A stretch of 62,356 bases of DNA, counting the filler, from Squatina squatina (lineage: Eukaryota), in assembly GCA_031763465.1 (NCBI GenBank). It is 3 parts of 3 records of this genome, joined end to end, with 100 filler letters (N's around TTAATTAATTAA, not from the genome) between each part and the next. Parts side by side here need not be neighbours in the genome. Positions count along the whole stretch, not along the records: positions 1 to 23,700 come from JARFOE010000219.1; positions 23,801 to 47,204 come from JARFOE010000013.1; 1 more part is not named here. One strand, 5' to 3'. Positions 11,467-23,970 of this stretch are shown piece by piece; within the stretch, counting starts at the first letter, position 1, and the number at the start of each line of letters is the position of its first letter. The notes beneath the pieces were generated by a model. That model saw only the letters and a program-made list of their open reading frames with translations, made no database searches and was not told the origin of the DNA. Made by a program: the position numbers and the translations under genes.

Positions 11467-14400
11467 NNNNNNNNNNNNNNNNNNNNNNNNNNNNNNNNNN
11501 NNNNNNNNNNNNNNNNNNNNNNNNNNNNNNNNNNNNNNNNNNNNNNNNNNNNNNNNNNNNNNNNNNNNNNNNNNNNNNNNNNNNNNNNNNNNNNNNNNNN
11601 NNNNNNNNNNNNNNNNNNNNNNNNNNNNNNNNNNNNNNNNNNNNNNNNNNNNNNNNNNNNNNNNNNNNNNNNNNNNNNNNNNNNNNNNNNNNNNNNNNNN
11701 NNNNNNNNNNNNNNNNNNNNNNNNNNNNNNNNNNNNNNNNNNNNNNNNNNNNNNNNNNNNNNNNNNNNNNNNNNNNNNNNNNNNNNNNNNNNNNNNNNNN
11801 NNNNNNNNNNNNNNNNNNNNNNNNNNNNNNNNNNNNNNNNNNNNNNNNNNNNNNNNNNNNNNNNNNNNNNNNNNNNNNNNNNNNNNNNNNNNNNNNNNNN
11901 NNNNNNNNNNNNNNNNNNNNNNNNNNNNNNNNNNNNNNNNNNNNNNNNNNNNNNNNNNNNNNNNNNNNNNNNNNNNNNNNNNNNNNNNNNNNNNNNNNNN
12001 NNNNNNNNNNNNNNNNNNNNNNNNNNNNNNNNNNNNNNNNNNNNNNNNNNNNNNNNNNNNNNNNNNNNNNNNNNNNNNNNNNNNNNNNNNNNNNNNNNNN
12101 NNNNNNNNNNNNNNNNNNNNNNNNNNNNNNNNNNNNNNNNNNNNNNNNNNNNNNNNNNNNNNNNNNNNNNNNNNNNNNNNNNNNNNNNNNNNNNNNNNNN
12201 NNNNNNNNNNNNNNNNNNNNNNNNNNNNNNNNNNNNNNNNNNNNNNNNNNNNNNNNNNNNNNNNNNNNNNNNNNNNNNNNNNNNNNNNNNNNNNNNNNNN
12301 NNNNNNNNNNNNNNNNNNNNNNNNNNNNNNNNNNNNNNNNNNNNNNNNNNNNNNNNNNNNNNNNNNNNNNNNNNNNNNNNNNNNNNNNNNNNTTAATTAT
12401 TTTTTGGTTAATATAAATATAAAATGCTATTCTCATGCAGCAGCAAGACTGACAATAATGAGTCGGATTTGTTTTGTTGCTCTTGAAGCCCTCTGAGCAG
12501 TGATTGAATGATGGCTGTCATGTACTGGCTGTACTGTTAGATGGAAAGTAATTGCAGCAAACAGTAATTTTAGACCCCTTTGTTTCCTGTTGCAGCCTCC
12601 GCTGGACGCAGAAGGTACCCAATTAGGAGAATTCACCACATTGATTGACTATTGTTGGGGGTTAGTGAGTTAGCAGTATAAACATGGTTGATTACTATTC
12701 ACCAACTGCCTGATTTTTTGATTGCTGGAATAATGCTGTCCAATGCTAGTCAGTGGATGGCAAGCACCACTGGTATTGTCCCAGGCTGTTAATAGGATTA
12801 ATGAGGTCACTATTTATATTCTGCGTAGCTGCAGTTTTACTGAAAGGAGGCATTGCGTAATGGTGACCTTTGACAGAAGAGGCAATTACAGGCCATCCCA
12901 AATTATGGACTCTGCCACTTGAAACTATTTGCCTAAATTGTATGAAGTTTCAGAAAGTGAAAAAAACAAGAAACTATTTGAGAATTCTGGAATTTCTAAC
13001 ATGACATCAAGGGGAGAGGTGCCTTTCTTTATTACCATTCCCAAACTAGAATTAGACATCAGGAGTTTCCATTCTTGTTATTTTTGATTTTCCTTCTCTT
13101 TGCTCTTGTTCCCTCATTCTACAATGTTGTTATACTGGGAAGCTCTGAGCTCACAGTTTATGAGGTTGGATTGCTGATCCATGATCTCNNNNNNNNNNNN
13201 NNNNNNNNNNNNNNNNNNNNNNNNNNNNNNNNNNNNNNNNNNNNNNNNNNNNNNNNNNNNNNNNNNNNNNNNNNNNNNNNNNNNNNNNGGTGTGATCTTC
13301 AATGTTGTTTATCATGCAGTATGCGGTCAATGGGGTTTAGCAGTAATGCTGGTTCTGTTCCTGTCTCTATGTGGCTACCTTTTGCTTGGGGACAGTTCTT
13401 TTATTTTTGATTTCTAAGCCACAGCTACAATACTGTACAGCAGTCATTGAGACTGTATCATTTATTCATGTTCTCAAGCAGACTGCTGCGAGGCCAGAAG
13501 ATAATAGCAACCTCATTTATTCCAGGCTTTGAATGATCATATTTAATTCCCAGTGACAGCTGTCTCTGCAATATTAGCATTGCAAATCAGCATTAGTAAT
13601 AGCTTAACACTGAACATGACTCAATTATGTTCAATCCCATGTGAGACAAGCATGATAGGCTCTGCCTAGTATCTACGGAGATCTCACTGGAAACTGTAAT
13701 CCTTTAAAATAATCAAAATTAAGTCATCTGCCTTTATTCAGGCACTTTCCTTGAAATGAGCTAAAAATCTTTGTACAAATAACCCCAGATTACAGTAACA
13801 TGCATTAACACTAACCTTTCAAACTTTATGTTGGTGTTTTGTCTTAAAGGAGACTTGAGTTAAGGCTTAAATCACCAACTGTATTTTGCAACTTACCGAA
13901 CTCCATGCATTTGCTAAAGAAGATCTATTAATGATGTTTGGAAAAACTCTATTTTTCTTTTTCATGTCCTGTTGAACTATTTGAGTTTTGTTATTATGGC
14001 ACTTTGATTTTTTTTTAAGTTGTTACTATTGCAGTGATTTCATTGATAGCCTTCACTCAAAACATAGTGAACCACAAAAGATACTGATTGATTTTGTATT
14101 AATGAAACTGACCTAACGTTGACATATAGATTACTGGGAAGGGAACATTGCAGTTTTATATTCATCATCATGAATGCTCTGCAGACCACCGATTCTCCTG
14201 TTTGTTAAAATGCTAATTTTGTCTTACAGCTATTGATTCATCTTGGAAACAAAACTATTTTCATCACCAGAGCTGTCATTCTGATGTATATGAGGATATT
14301 TTACTGCTTGTAAACAATTAAAAACACACAAAAATAACATTAAAGCATCAATTAGTAATTATATGGATGACTATATTTAAATTAATATCCAAATAGCTTT

Positions 14401-14522
14401 TCTGTAGCGAAGAGAAATAGCAACTATATAAAACCGAAATATATTTTGTGATGTGCGACCTTCATGTTGTAAAACAATGATTACTTTGTATGAAGATATT
14501 TAACCAGGAAATCACAATGACA

Positions 14523-14611
14523 TTTTTTTTAATTCATCATGGGATGTGGGCGTCGCTGGCAAGGCCAGCATTTATTGCCCATCCCGAGTTGCCCTTGAGA
14601 AGATGGTGATG
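14523..14611 (-). mobile_element. 3' tail of a CR1/L2-group LINE or of its partner SINE
   Basis: Minus strand reads HHHLLKGN, then GGGATGGGCAATAAATGCTGG and an A-tail. The same tail occurs at 38625-38720 and 33515-33597. Confidence 0.75.
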
Positions 14612-14711
14612 NNNNNNNNNNNNNNNNNNNNNNNNNNNNNNNNNNNNNNNNNNNNNNNNNNNNNNNNNNNNNNNNNNNNNNNNNNNNNNNNNNNNNNNNN
14701 NNNNNNNNNNN

Positions 14712-15040
14712 AGTGGCAAAAGGGTCAGTAACTAGAAGACACAGATTTAAGGTGATTGGCAAAAGAACCAGGAGTGACATGAGGAAATATTTTTTACATA
14801 GCAAGTAGTTGTGATCTGGAACGCACTGCCTGAAAGGCCGGTGGAAGCAGATTCAATAGTAATATTCAAAAGAGAATTGGATAAATACTTAATGGGCAAA
14901 AAGTTACAGGGCTATGGGGAAAGAGCAGGGGAGTGGAATTAATTGGATAACTCTACCGAAGAGGTACCATAGGCAAAATGGCCAAACGGCCTCCTTCTGT
15001 GCTGTATCATTCTATCATTCCATGATTCTATAATTCTATG
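14712..15040 (+). mobile_element. CR1 LINE 3' end with (ATTCTATG)-like terminal repeats
   Basis: Translates to SVTRRHRFKVIGKR...WNALPE...FKRELDKYL (CR1 ORF2 C-terminus). Ends in degenerate ATTCTAT(C/G/A) tandem units at about 15009-15040. Confidence 0.9.
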
Positions 15041-16144
15041 CGCCAAGTCTCCAGTGAATTCTTACAGGTAAGACCAAAAGATACCAGAAATAAAAGACAT
15101 GAATACCCTTGCATAAAAGAATCCAATAGCTATAGGTTTTTTTAAAGAGAAATGGTAGGTTTCTCATCTGAGGAAATTCTTCAGCACCTTTCAAATGTCT
15201 CCAGCTTGTTGAGTCTCTAATTAGCTGAGGGAATGTGCACGCAGGCTGTCGGCAGTTTTACAAACAAATACGTTTTTCAGCATGGTTTGTTCCTAGATTC
15301 CTGCCTGATAGCTAAGGTCTTATCAAAGCTTAAACATGAACTACAAAGCACAGGAAACTAGTGCAACATTCCTATGTTTGAATGTTCTCAGAGGGAAGCC
15401 AGCTTCTGTGAACATAAGAAGCTACATTTGTTTGGCACAGTGAATTCTTTCAAGTGTGCAATCCATTTACTTGAGTTATAAACAATTACCTAAAATGTAT
15501 GATTATTGCAATCATATGTTGTTATAATTACCCACGGGCAGATTCTGTCTTTCTAAATGCAGTTTATTAGAGGGAACATTACAATTATTTTCAGACAGCC
15601 CTATATTTTACAAAAATGTAAAAGTGTTGNNNNNNNNNNNNNNNNNNNNNNNTGGCAATAATCAGCTGTCAGGTGTTCATTACTAGTGATTACATTTTAA
15701 GCATTAGATTATTCATAAATAATTCATAATTATAATAACTCAGGTTTTACTTGAATTCTCACTAAAGAAATAAGACAAGTTATCAGTTTTCCAAAGATGT
15801 CTGTATGTAATTACACTTATAAATCATATTTAATATCAAAATCTCCATTGTCCATATTAGCAGTAGCATGTGAATCCTTAATATTATTTATTACTCTGCT
15901 ATTCTTCTGATGCACTTGTTTCCAGAAATATCTCATCAGAGGTTCTGTAAAGTTCCTTTACTTTTCTTTAAATGTAAGATAAATGAATACTTACTGAATC
16001 TTTGGAGCAAACAGTGCTTGTAATCAGTCATTAATAAATGGATTAAACTCATTTGAACAATTAATCTTATTTTTAATGACTATTTAATTAAAGGAAATTT
16101 ACACTGAAGCTGAGGTATATTTTATACTGCTGCTACTGCTGATA

Positions 16145-16513
16145 CAACAACAACTTGCATCTACATAACACTTTAACATAGAAAAATGTCCCATGGAGCT
16201 TCAAAGAGCCATAAGCAGTATGGATGCTAAGCCACAGAGGAAGAGATTAGGAGGGGTGACCAGAAGTTTGGTAATAAAGGAGGGTCGTAAAGGAGAAGAG
16301 GGAGGTGGACNNNNNNNNNNNNNNNNNNNNNNNNNNNNNNNNNNNNNNNNNNNNNNNNNNNNNNNNNNNNNNNNNNNNNNNNNNNNNNNNNNNNNNNNNN
16401 NNNNNNNNNNCAGAATTGGAGGTGCGCAGAGATCTTGGGCGGGGGGGTTGACGGGCTGAAGGATATTACAGAGATAGGGAGGAACGAGAATATGGAGGGA
16501 TTTGAGAATTGTT
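16145..16513 (-). mobile_element. L2 LINE 3' end, gapped
   Basis: Minus strand reads LKSLHILVPPYLCNILQP..., with a (CAA)n terminal repeat at 16146-16154. Paralogous to 50395-50792. Confidence 0.85.
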
Positions 16514-17287
16514 GGGCTGAGATACACAGAAATTCTGATCCAAGCATGAGATTTCTTGGCAAAATGTTAGTATGACATTCAGATTAATGTTTCTCCCAAG
16601 GGTTACAGATGGCAATTAACTATTGTCCTGTATAGCTGGGATGATTAATGAATAAAAGAATAATAATTCGGTGCAAGCAAGGAACTGTCCCAGTTGTAGA
16701 AAAAAGAACAAACAGTAAACTTTCACTTTGTGATATTTATCTGCAAGGGAGCATCTAGGCCACCTGTTGCTGACATGACCAGAGTATTATTTCCTGTTCT
16801 GTCCTGGGCACAATCTCAGTTTAACATCACCCCAAGGGAATTTTTGTTAAAGGCTGCAGTTACTTTTCTCCTGCAATGTTATACATTGGGACCTTCATTC
16901 ACTGTGCTGTGCTGACCTTGTTAGTGCATTTGAATAGGCCACCACAGAAGCCTTTCTGTGCATAGCCAACATTGGCATGTCCCCAATATCTATTAACAGC
17001 TTCTCCTCCTTGCTGGGCTTTTGGTTTCCTCTTCCCTGACCACTCTTCTTCCCAACAATTCACCAGAAGGATCACAGCCATGCATATCCCTAACATTGCA
17101 CATTAAGAATATAATATAAAATGGAGGAGGANNNNNNNNNNNNNNNNNNNNNNNNNNNNNNNNNNNNNNNNNNNNNNNNNNNNNNNNNNNNNNNNNNNNN
17201 NNNNNNNNNNNNNNNNNNNNNNNNNNNNNNNTACTGATCAAGAAAGTCCTCTTGTACAAATTTCAGGAATTCCTCCCCCTCTTGGCC

Positions 17288-17722
17288 CTATATGCTGTTA
17301 TTTTTCCAGTCTATATTTGGATAATTGAAGTCCTCCATTATCACTACTCTCTTACATATTTCTGCAGTTTGCCTGCAAATTTGCTCCTCTATCTCCTTCC
17401 CATTATTTAGTGTCTTATAGTGCACACTCAGCAGATTCTTACCACATAGAATCTGTCTTTGAACTGACAAGTATATCATCAATTTCTAGTGTTGTGACAG
17501 TGTCTTTGATTAATACTGCCACCCCACTCCTTTTTTTCCCCTTCCCTATCTTTCCTGAATATATTGTAGCCAGGAATATTAAATTCCTAATCCTCCCCTT
17601 GTCTGAGCCGCATCTCCAATCGCCATTATTGCCACTAAATCATAATTGCATTTGGCTACTTGCGCCTGTAGCTCACCAATCTTATATACCATGTTCCATG
17701 CATTTACGCACAAGCACTCCAA
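17288..17722 (-). mobile_element. CR1 LINE ORF2 AP-endonuclease fragment, decayed
   Basis: LECLCVNAWNMVYKIGELQAQV..YDLVAI and EIEEQICRQ..VVIMEDFNYPNIDW match the CR1 endonuclease motifs (NARS..NK..EL and GDFNYP.IDW). Confidence 0.85.
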
Positions 17723-17731
17723 AAACTCTTC

Positions 17732-18371
17732 GGGGCCGAAATTGAGGTGCAACGCGTTGAGAATGTGTACGGGGCAGTGCTGGCATTTATTCGCCAGCGC
17801 CTGCCCCACCCTGCACCTCCCGATATTCAGTGCTCCAGGATGCCTGTGGGATGCAGCGCGCACCCAGACACACCTGGGGCACCAAAACTCGGACGCCGAT
17901 GGTGTGGCTTCAGTGCCACGTCATCGGTGTCTGAAACGCTGAGTCAGGCCTCTCTTAAAGGGGAGGGCCGCCGGCCATCCCGGCCGAGCCCTGCCGCTCG
18001 ACACTGGGCCACCAGGGACGCCGGCGACCAGGCCGAGGGCTGCCATTTTCCGGCCATCTAGGAAGTCGACCCAAAAATAAAGATGGCAGCCAGAGGTGCG
18101 TACGCCCTCCCCTTTAAGAGCCCCATCGCAGCAACAGTGAAACCTGTGGCTGCCTCCCGCGGGCGAATTCCGCCCGTGGAAAGCAAACCGAGCGCCGAGG
18201 GGGTTGCGGCTGTACGGTGCGGGTTGGCGCACATTTTGATGGTGTCATGCGCCCCACCTGAATTTCCCGGGAGGCAAGATGGCCACTTCCCGGCACCATA
18301 TTTTTTTTAACGTCCCATTAGCCCCCCTCGGAGGCGCTAGTGTGGCATTACAGGAGCTCAATTTCAGTCCC
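17732..18371. mobile_element. Complete non-autonomous TIR transposon of about 640 bp, PIF/Harbinger-type
   Basis: Left TIR GGGGCCGAAATTGAG versus right TIR reverse complement GGGACTGAAATTGAG (13/15). Ungapped, CpG-rich, with internal inverted repeats. Confidence 0.85.
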
Positions 18372-18499
18372 CTGGCTTTTTTTTGCACAACACGAGCGTG
18401 CCAATTTAAAAATGGCTGCCAAAGGCCAGGCAGGTACTCACTGGATCCCTTAAAGCTGTATTGCTCAGTCATTGTGTTTTGCTGCCCATTCAATTTGCG

Positions 18500-18830
18500 A
18501 GCTCTAGGGACTCCCCTGTGTGCCGCCCTCTTACTAGAATTAATGGAAGAGGATGAAAAACGGAATAAACAAAGGGGAGGGAAAAGCTAAGGAGCATCAG
18601 TCAGAAAGCGTTAGCCACACCCAGCCATTTTGGCGTCACCAATATTTAACGGTTTGCCCGTGCCTAATTGGCAGCCATGTGGGGGAGCTGCCTCTTCAGG
18701 TTGTGATTCAGGGGGGCAGTTGTACCAGCAGCTACAAAGAGACCTGCACCCAACCTCCACCATAGCGATGGCACTGCCAGTGGGGGAAAGGTTTTGTGTC
18801 TCCAGCTCCTTCCACGATCTGCTCATTTGC
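18500..18830 (+). pseudogene. PIF/Harbinger (HARBI1-like) transposase N-terminal relic
   Basis: QLYQQLQRDLHPTSTIAMALPV..FCVSSSF resembles the Harbinger E.C.L...DL.P.....ALPV..K....L.F.A.GSF region and the minus-strand relic at 33670-33990. Confidence 0.65.
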
Positions 18831-21800
18831 TGCCCACAGTGTTTTTTTTTTCTCCCATCTCCATTATACTCGGAGGACACAACTACCCACAATATCCAAC
18901 CCTGTACTCAGGATTGGTTATTTTATGTGTGGGCTGAGAGAAATGTCCAATTTTACACTGCCTTTTGGGAGGAAAGAATATAGAGCAGCGGTAAATAAAA
19001 CGGGATTATGATGCTTTGTTTAATCTCCTTGATAACATAAATTATACTTGCAAACTGCTTTTGATGTAGTTTGTTGTTTTTTTTATTCACAGAGTGAATT
19101 TTCATTCCACAGAGTCATGAATTAAAATGTCCAAAATTGCATATGTCAAAAATGTTCCAGGTGATCTCTCGAGCACTTAAAAAGGAAATAAATGTTTAAA
19201 CTGTCAAGTACTTTTCCAGTTTCCTTGGTAATTTTTGCAAATACAAAATAATAATCCAGAGTGTCTATTCACAATACTGTATCAGCCAATGAGTTGGAGG
19301 CAGGGCAGAACTCACGGCAGTTTATTTTACAGCAAGCAAAGTCTACTTAATCAACAAACAGCAAAGTCTAGTTACAGAGTTTATTTAAAAAAAGCCCCTA
19401 TGGACTGCAGCAAACTGAACTCCTGACCGAAACTGCTGCAACTTCTCCCAATAAAAGCATGATGATTTCTCCAGCAGAATGCAGTGAATGAGAATAGTTA
19501 CATCATACAAATTAAGTGTATAAAATCAATCGCATTCACTACAATCCCCTGGCGTGATTGATGTGGGAATTACCCAATCTTCTCCATTCTGGCTGGAAAT
19601 AATGGTGTCACTATATGCAGCCAAACAAGGTTATGCATCACAGCCAGTGGTTACCGGTGTCACATCCTTTACTACAGCGCAACTGCAGCCTTAAGTCCGG
19701 GTTGCAAGATCACCTCCTNNNNNNNNNNNNNNNNNNNNNNNNNNNNNNNNNNNNNNNNNNNNNNNNNNNNNNNNNNNNNNNNNNNNNNNNNNNNNNNNNN
19801 CATATTGAATGTAATGTGGAATGTCAGAACCACTGCTGAATTCAGTAAGTCTGCACTTGCAAACCTTCATTTTCCTTGGGCAACAAAGTAATGCACGATC
19901 AGCAGTATAACTTGGATCTGCCAGCCCCATCTTATTCAAACAGGCACCAATGAGGTCAGTACTTGTAGTTTAACAAAACTCTTAGAATTCAGACTCTTAA
20001 ATTTTGGAATGAGGATTCCCCCATCTCCATTCTCATCCTAATCCTGAAGCTGCATTTGTTCAACTTTAGCACGTATTTATCACCTGTGCTGAAATCATGA
20101 GCAGTGGCTAAGGAACATCTTTTCCTCCCCTTTAAAATGTCAATTGAAAATGTATTTAGAAAGAACAGAAGACTTTTTTTAAAAAGTTACAAATTGCAAA
20201 ATCTGCATTTAAATTACTCCAAACAGAATTTTTTTATATATCATTTTGTCACATACGACTTATTTTCTATCAGAGTTTACTGCCACCAAAAGGTTTACTC
20301 AGGTTCTGCACCTTCCTAAAAGGCATACTGTATTATGTTTTGGATTCCAGCATTAGCTAGTTAGTGAACTATCAAACGTTAACATTCAAATTGCTTATTA
20401 CAACCCATCACAATGAGCTTGCCACAGTGCCTGCAATATGCCTCTTTTGCTTTAGGCACATAACAAAACTTAACTTTTTCANNNNNNNNNNCAATCCCCC
20501 TGAAAGATTGTAAATGATAACTCAAACAGCCATTGCTGAAACAGTAGGCAGTGTATTCCGAGTCAGATACAAGTTGGACTTTTAACAATTAAATTTGGGG
20601 AAATATATGTAATTTATTTTGTCTAATTTATTTGTGTATTTTACGAGTGAACACTCTGAAGAGTAAACATTAAAAAAATTAACTGAAGTGATTATTAAAA
20701 ATATTTTTTAATGAACAAGGTCATGTTATTATCTAAAATTTCTTTCAAAATAANNNNNNNNNNNNNNNNNNNNNNNNNNNNNNNNNNNNNNNNNNNNNNN
20801 NNNNNNNNNNNNNNNNNNNNNNNNNNNNNNNNNNNNNNNNNNNNNNNNNNNNNTCTGCACAAGGGTCTTAAATTCACCTTGAAAAGGATGCAGTCTGTTA
20901 GCAGATGTGGAGAATCAACAGCAGCTAAATCTTGCATGCCAGATTGCTGAAATGCAGCAAATGGAAATACAAGAGGGTAAAGTCAATTTTTTTTAATACT
21001 TAAATTGGTCGATGTTTTTGCACAGTAATGCACACACAAGAACTATGTGCAGCTAATAAACCAAAATCTAATCCTCAAATTATTTATTGTAACAAGTATA
21101 ACAGTGTTCTGTACAAAACAACCTAAATGATCAAATCAAGCTTGTATACAGTACCGTGCTATACTCATACCGGCTACCTTCAGAGACACAAATCTTTACT
21201 TCATTGATAAATTAATTGAAGTGTTAAAACCGGTTGACGCATCCGTTTGAATAAATGAGGATGTTAAACAGAGGGTACATCATGACCATTAGATATGATT
21301 TTAAAAATTCTCCATAGTTAAGACTGACTAAATTGTTCACTTATTATATTACATGCCTGTCCTGGACAGTTCTGAATTCTTAGCACATAAAATCTATGCT
21401 CTTCCCAAATTAGACAGCAACATAAATCCTAGAGATTGTTGTTAGCCTGCTGAAAAGATACATAACTGGGGATGGCCTTATCTGGCAACAAAACAAATCA
21501 GTAAATCAAAAACAGAATAATGTAGCTGTCTATTTTAGTATGTAATTCANNNNNNNNNNNNNNNNNNNNNNNNNNNNNNNNNNNNNNNNNNNNNNNNNNN
21601 NNNNNNNNNNNNNNNNNNNNNNNNNNNNNNNNNNNNNNNNNNNNNNNNNNNNNNNNNNNNNNNNNNNNNNNNNNNNNNNNNNNNNNNNNNNNNNNNNNNN
21701 NNNNNNNNNNNNNNNNNNNNNNNNNNNNNNNNNNNNNNNNNNNNNNNNNNNNNNNNNNNNNNNNNNNNNNNNNNNNNNNNNNNNNNNNNNNNNNNNNNNN

Positions 21801-22011
21801 NNNNNNNNNNNNNNNNNNNNNNNNNNNNNNNNNNNNNNNNNNNNNNNNNNNNNNNNNNNNNNNNNNNNNNNNNNNNNNNNNNNNNNNNNNNNNNNNNNNN
21901 NNNNNNNNNNNNNNNNNNNNNNNNNNNNNNNNNNNNNNNNNNNNNNNNNNNNNNNNNNNNNNNNNNNNNNNNNNNNNNNNNNNNNACTTGAAGGGGTGGG
22001 AAAAGTCCAGC

Positions 22012-22058
22012 CATGCTGCGTGATCTGCTGAGTGTTTCCAGCATTATCTGTTGTCATT
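22012..22058 (+). mobile_element. Fragment of the same repeat as 9783-9853
   Basis: ATGCTGCGTGATCTGCTGAGTGTTTCCAGCATTATCTG, just after a 436-N gap. Confidence 0.45.
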
Positions 22059-23600
22059 ACACATTTTTATAGTACTTACAAAGCTTCGCTAGCTCAAATA
22101 GTGGGAAATAAATAGTTGGTAGCAATTGTGCTAAACTACAATACAATTACATATTTTTAGCACTTCTCTTCTTTTACTCTCTGGGAGGTATCTGGCCTGA
22201 CTCTCTCTCTCTTTGAAGGCTCCACATAGACACACTGATTTGGAAAAGACAGGCTTATACATAAACTCAGCAAAAAGTTGGGACCCAGTGAATTTAAGTA
22301 ACTGATAAATTCAAAAAGTGCCATCAAGCAAAAACATATCTGAACAAATTGTACAGCTGTTTGTATTTGAATTGAATGGCTTGGCTGCTCCCTTGGGCAA
22401 CTACCTGACAACAACCACTGATTGAGCAACAAATGTATTAAAAATAAGCTGGAACATTTTTCTTTGAGTGAAGCTGGTTTTTAAACCCCTTTATATACTA
22501 TGATAGAGTTAAAGAAACTCATATAAAGTTAAATCTTAAGAAAAAAAAATCATTTGAGAGTTATGTTATATGGCATCATAATTAATGAAAAATAATCAGT
22601 GTGGAGGAAGAATAGCTTAATGATGTCACATTAAAAAAATACCTTTTATTTATTGAAAAGCGGAAGAGACACAAGACACGATTGCATATCCTTGTGACAT
22701 TATAGCTATAGGTCACTTGTAGCTGTCCCACGAGAACTATTGCTCCACCCAATTGGTGGGATACAAATCATACACTATAGTTCCTCTAAATATTACAGAA
22801 AACTCAAAATATTGTTCCAAGACAGTAGCTCCTTGGTTTAAGAAGATATTCATAAACTGCTCAAGCATCACATTGATAATAGCAGTTCAATCACGCAATG
22901 AATTCCCACCTTGTAACATGGGCCTATGTGAAGTAGCATCATTTTTAACTGAAAAGATGAATTTAATGAGTAATGCAAACATATTTTGGATGTCACTTTG
23001 GCACTGCAGTTCCATAATTCTGGAAATGGTACTTCTACTTACATGTAGAACATTTGTGTTGAGAAATACATGTGAAATTCTAGAATGGCAATATTTTGTC
23101 CAGAATGCTTTTCCAAAGTGCAAAGCTGTTTCAGTTATAGAGCCCCGGCTTTATTTTGAAAAAGCAACATATGGAGAATACAATTAGGTTCTGCAAAATA
23201 ACCCCTAGTTTAAAAAAAAAAATCAGAAGTGCTGCTTAAGTACCCTGATAACCAGACACAGAGGCAAGTACTTTCTAACTATAAACAAGATCATATAAAG
23301 AAACATACTTTTCTAATTGTGGTCCAGTCTTCAAGTATATCAAGGTCTTGTAACATATAAACTACATAAGGACGTTTGCTAGTTAAGGAAATTCCCAGAA
23401 TCTGAAAATTAATTCAATTTTCTCTGAAATCTGAATATATATTCAAAAACCAACAATCGCAGAACGTTTGCTTAAAAATAAGGCAGGTGTTGTCCTTCAT
23501 TTTCAAGGTAATATTACAAGAATTACATTTTAAAATATTAACAAGCATACTAAATTTACAATGGGGAATTCCAATACCACAACAATTATACATTAATATT

Positions 23601-23700
23601 TGGTGGGCAGAACAGTGGCAAATGGATGTCAATCCTGAAAAGTGTGAGGTAATGCATTTGAGGAGGGTCAACAATGCAAAGGAATACACAATAAATGGTA
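23601..23700 (+). mobile_element. CR1 LINE reverse-transcriptase fragment
   Basis: WAEQWQMDVNPEKCEVMHL..NAKEYTING matches the CR1 W...WQM.FN..KC.VMH.G motif. Confidence 0.85.
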
Positions 23701-23800
23701 NNNNNNNNNNNNNNNNNNNNNNNNNNNNNNNNNNNNNNNNNNNNTTAATTAATTAANNNNNNNNNNNNNNNNNNNNNNNNNNNNNNNNNNNNNNNNNNNN
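23701..23800. other. Artificial scaffold linker (44 N + TTAATTAATTAA + 44 N)
   Basis: A 12-mer with stop codons in all six frames, centred exactly in a 100-nt gap. An identical construct is at 47205-47304. Confidence 0.95.
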
Positions 23801-23970
23801 CGTCCCAGGAGCCAGGTCAGCACTGGGTGAGCGCGACAAAGTTGCGCTGACCCCCAAAAAATACAAAGACCCAAATTCCAGGTGGGAGGCCATTGGTCTG
23901 GGGCCAGCGCTAAAAAAAGTGCCCCGGAGCATTTAAAAAGCCAACGCCGGCGCTAACCAATTGTGGCTCC
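23801..23970. mobile_element. Right end of a GC-rich TIR element
   Basis: CpG-rich block ending CCAATTGTGGCTCC, a degenerate form of the CAATTTCGGCCCC terminus. Confidence 0.5.

Noticed and set aside
11387-12436. Longest ORFs in the track (349 aa here; also 21530-22057 and others)
   Set aside because: They are open only because they read through N gaps and are mostly X residues.
15180-15200. REST/NRSE half-site TTCAGCACC
   Set aside because: The GGACAG right half is absent.
17579-18590. Cluster of overlapping 75-105 aa ORFs
   Set aside because: These are stop-poor frames within a GC-rich MITE. Apart from the CR1 and Harbinger relic segments, no protein similarity is recognisable.
22753-23187. 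144-aa gap-free ORF
   Set aside because: It has a non-ATG start, AT-rich composition, no recognisable domain and no convincing splice boundaries.
23745-23756. TTAATTAATTAA as a homeodomain site or piggyBac target
   Set aside because: It is centred exactly within 44+44 N twice, so it is an assembly spacer.
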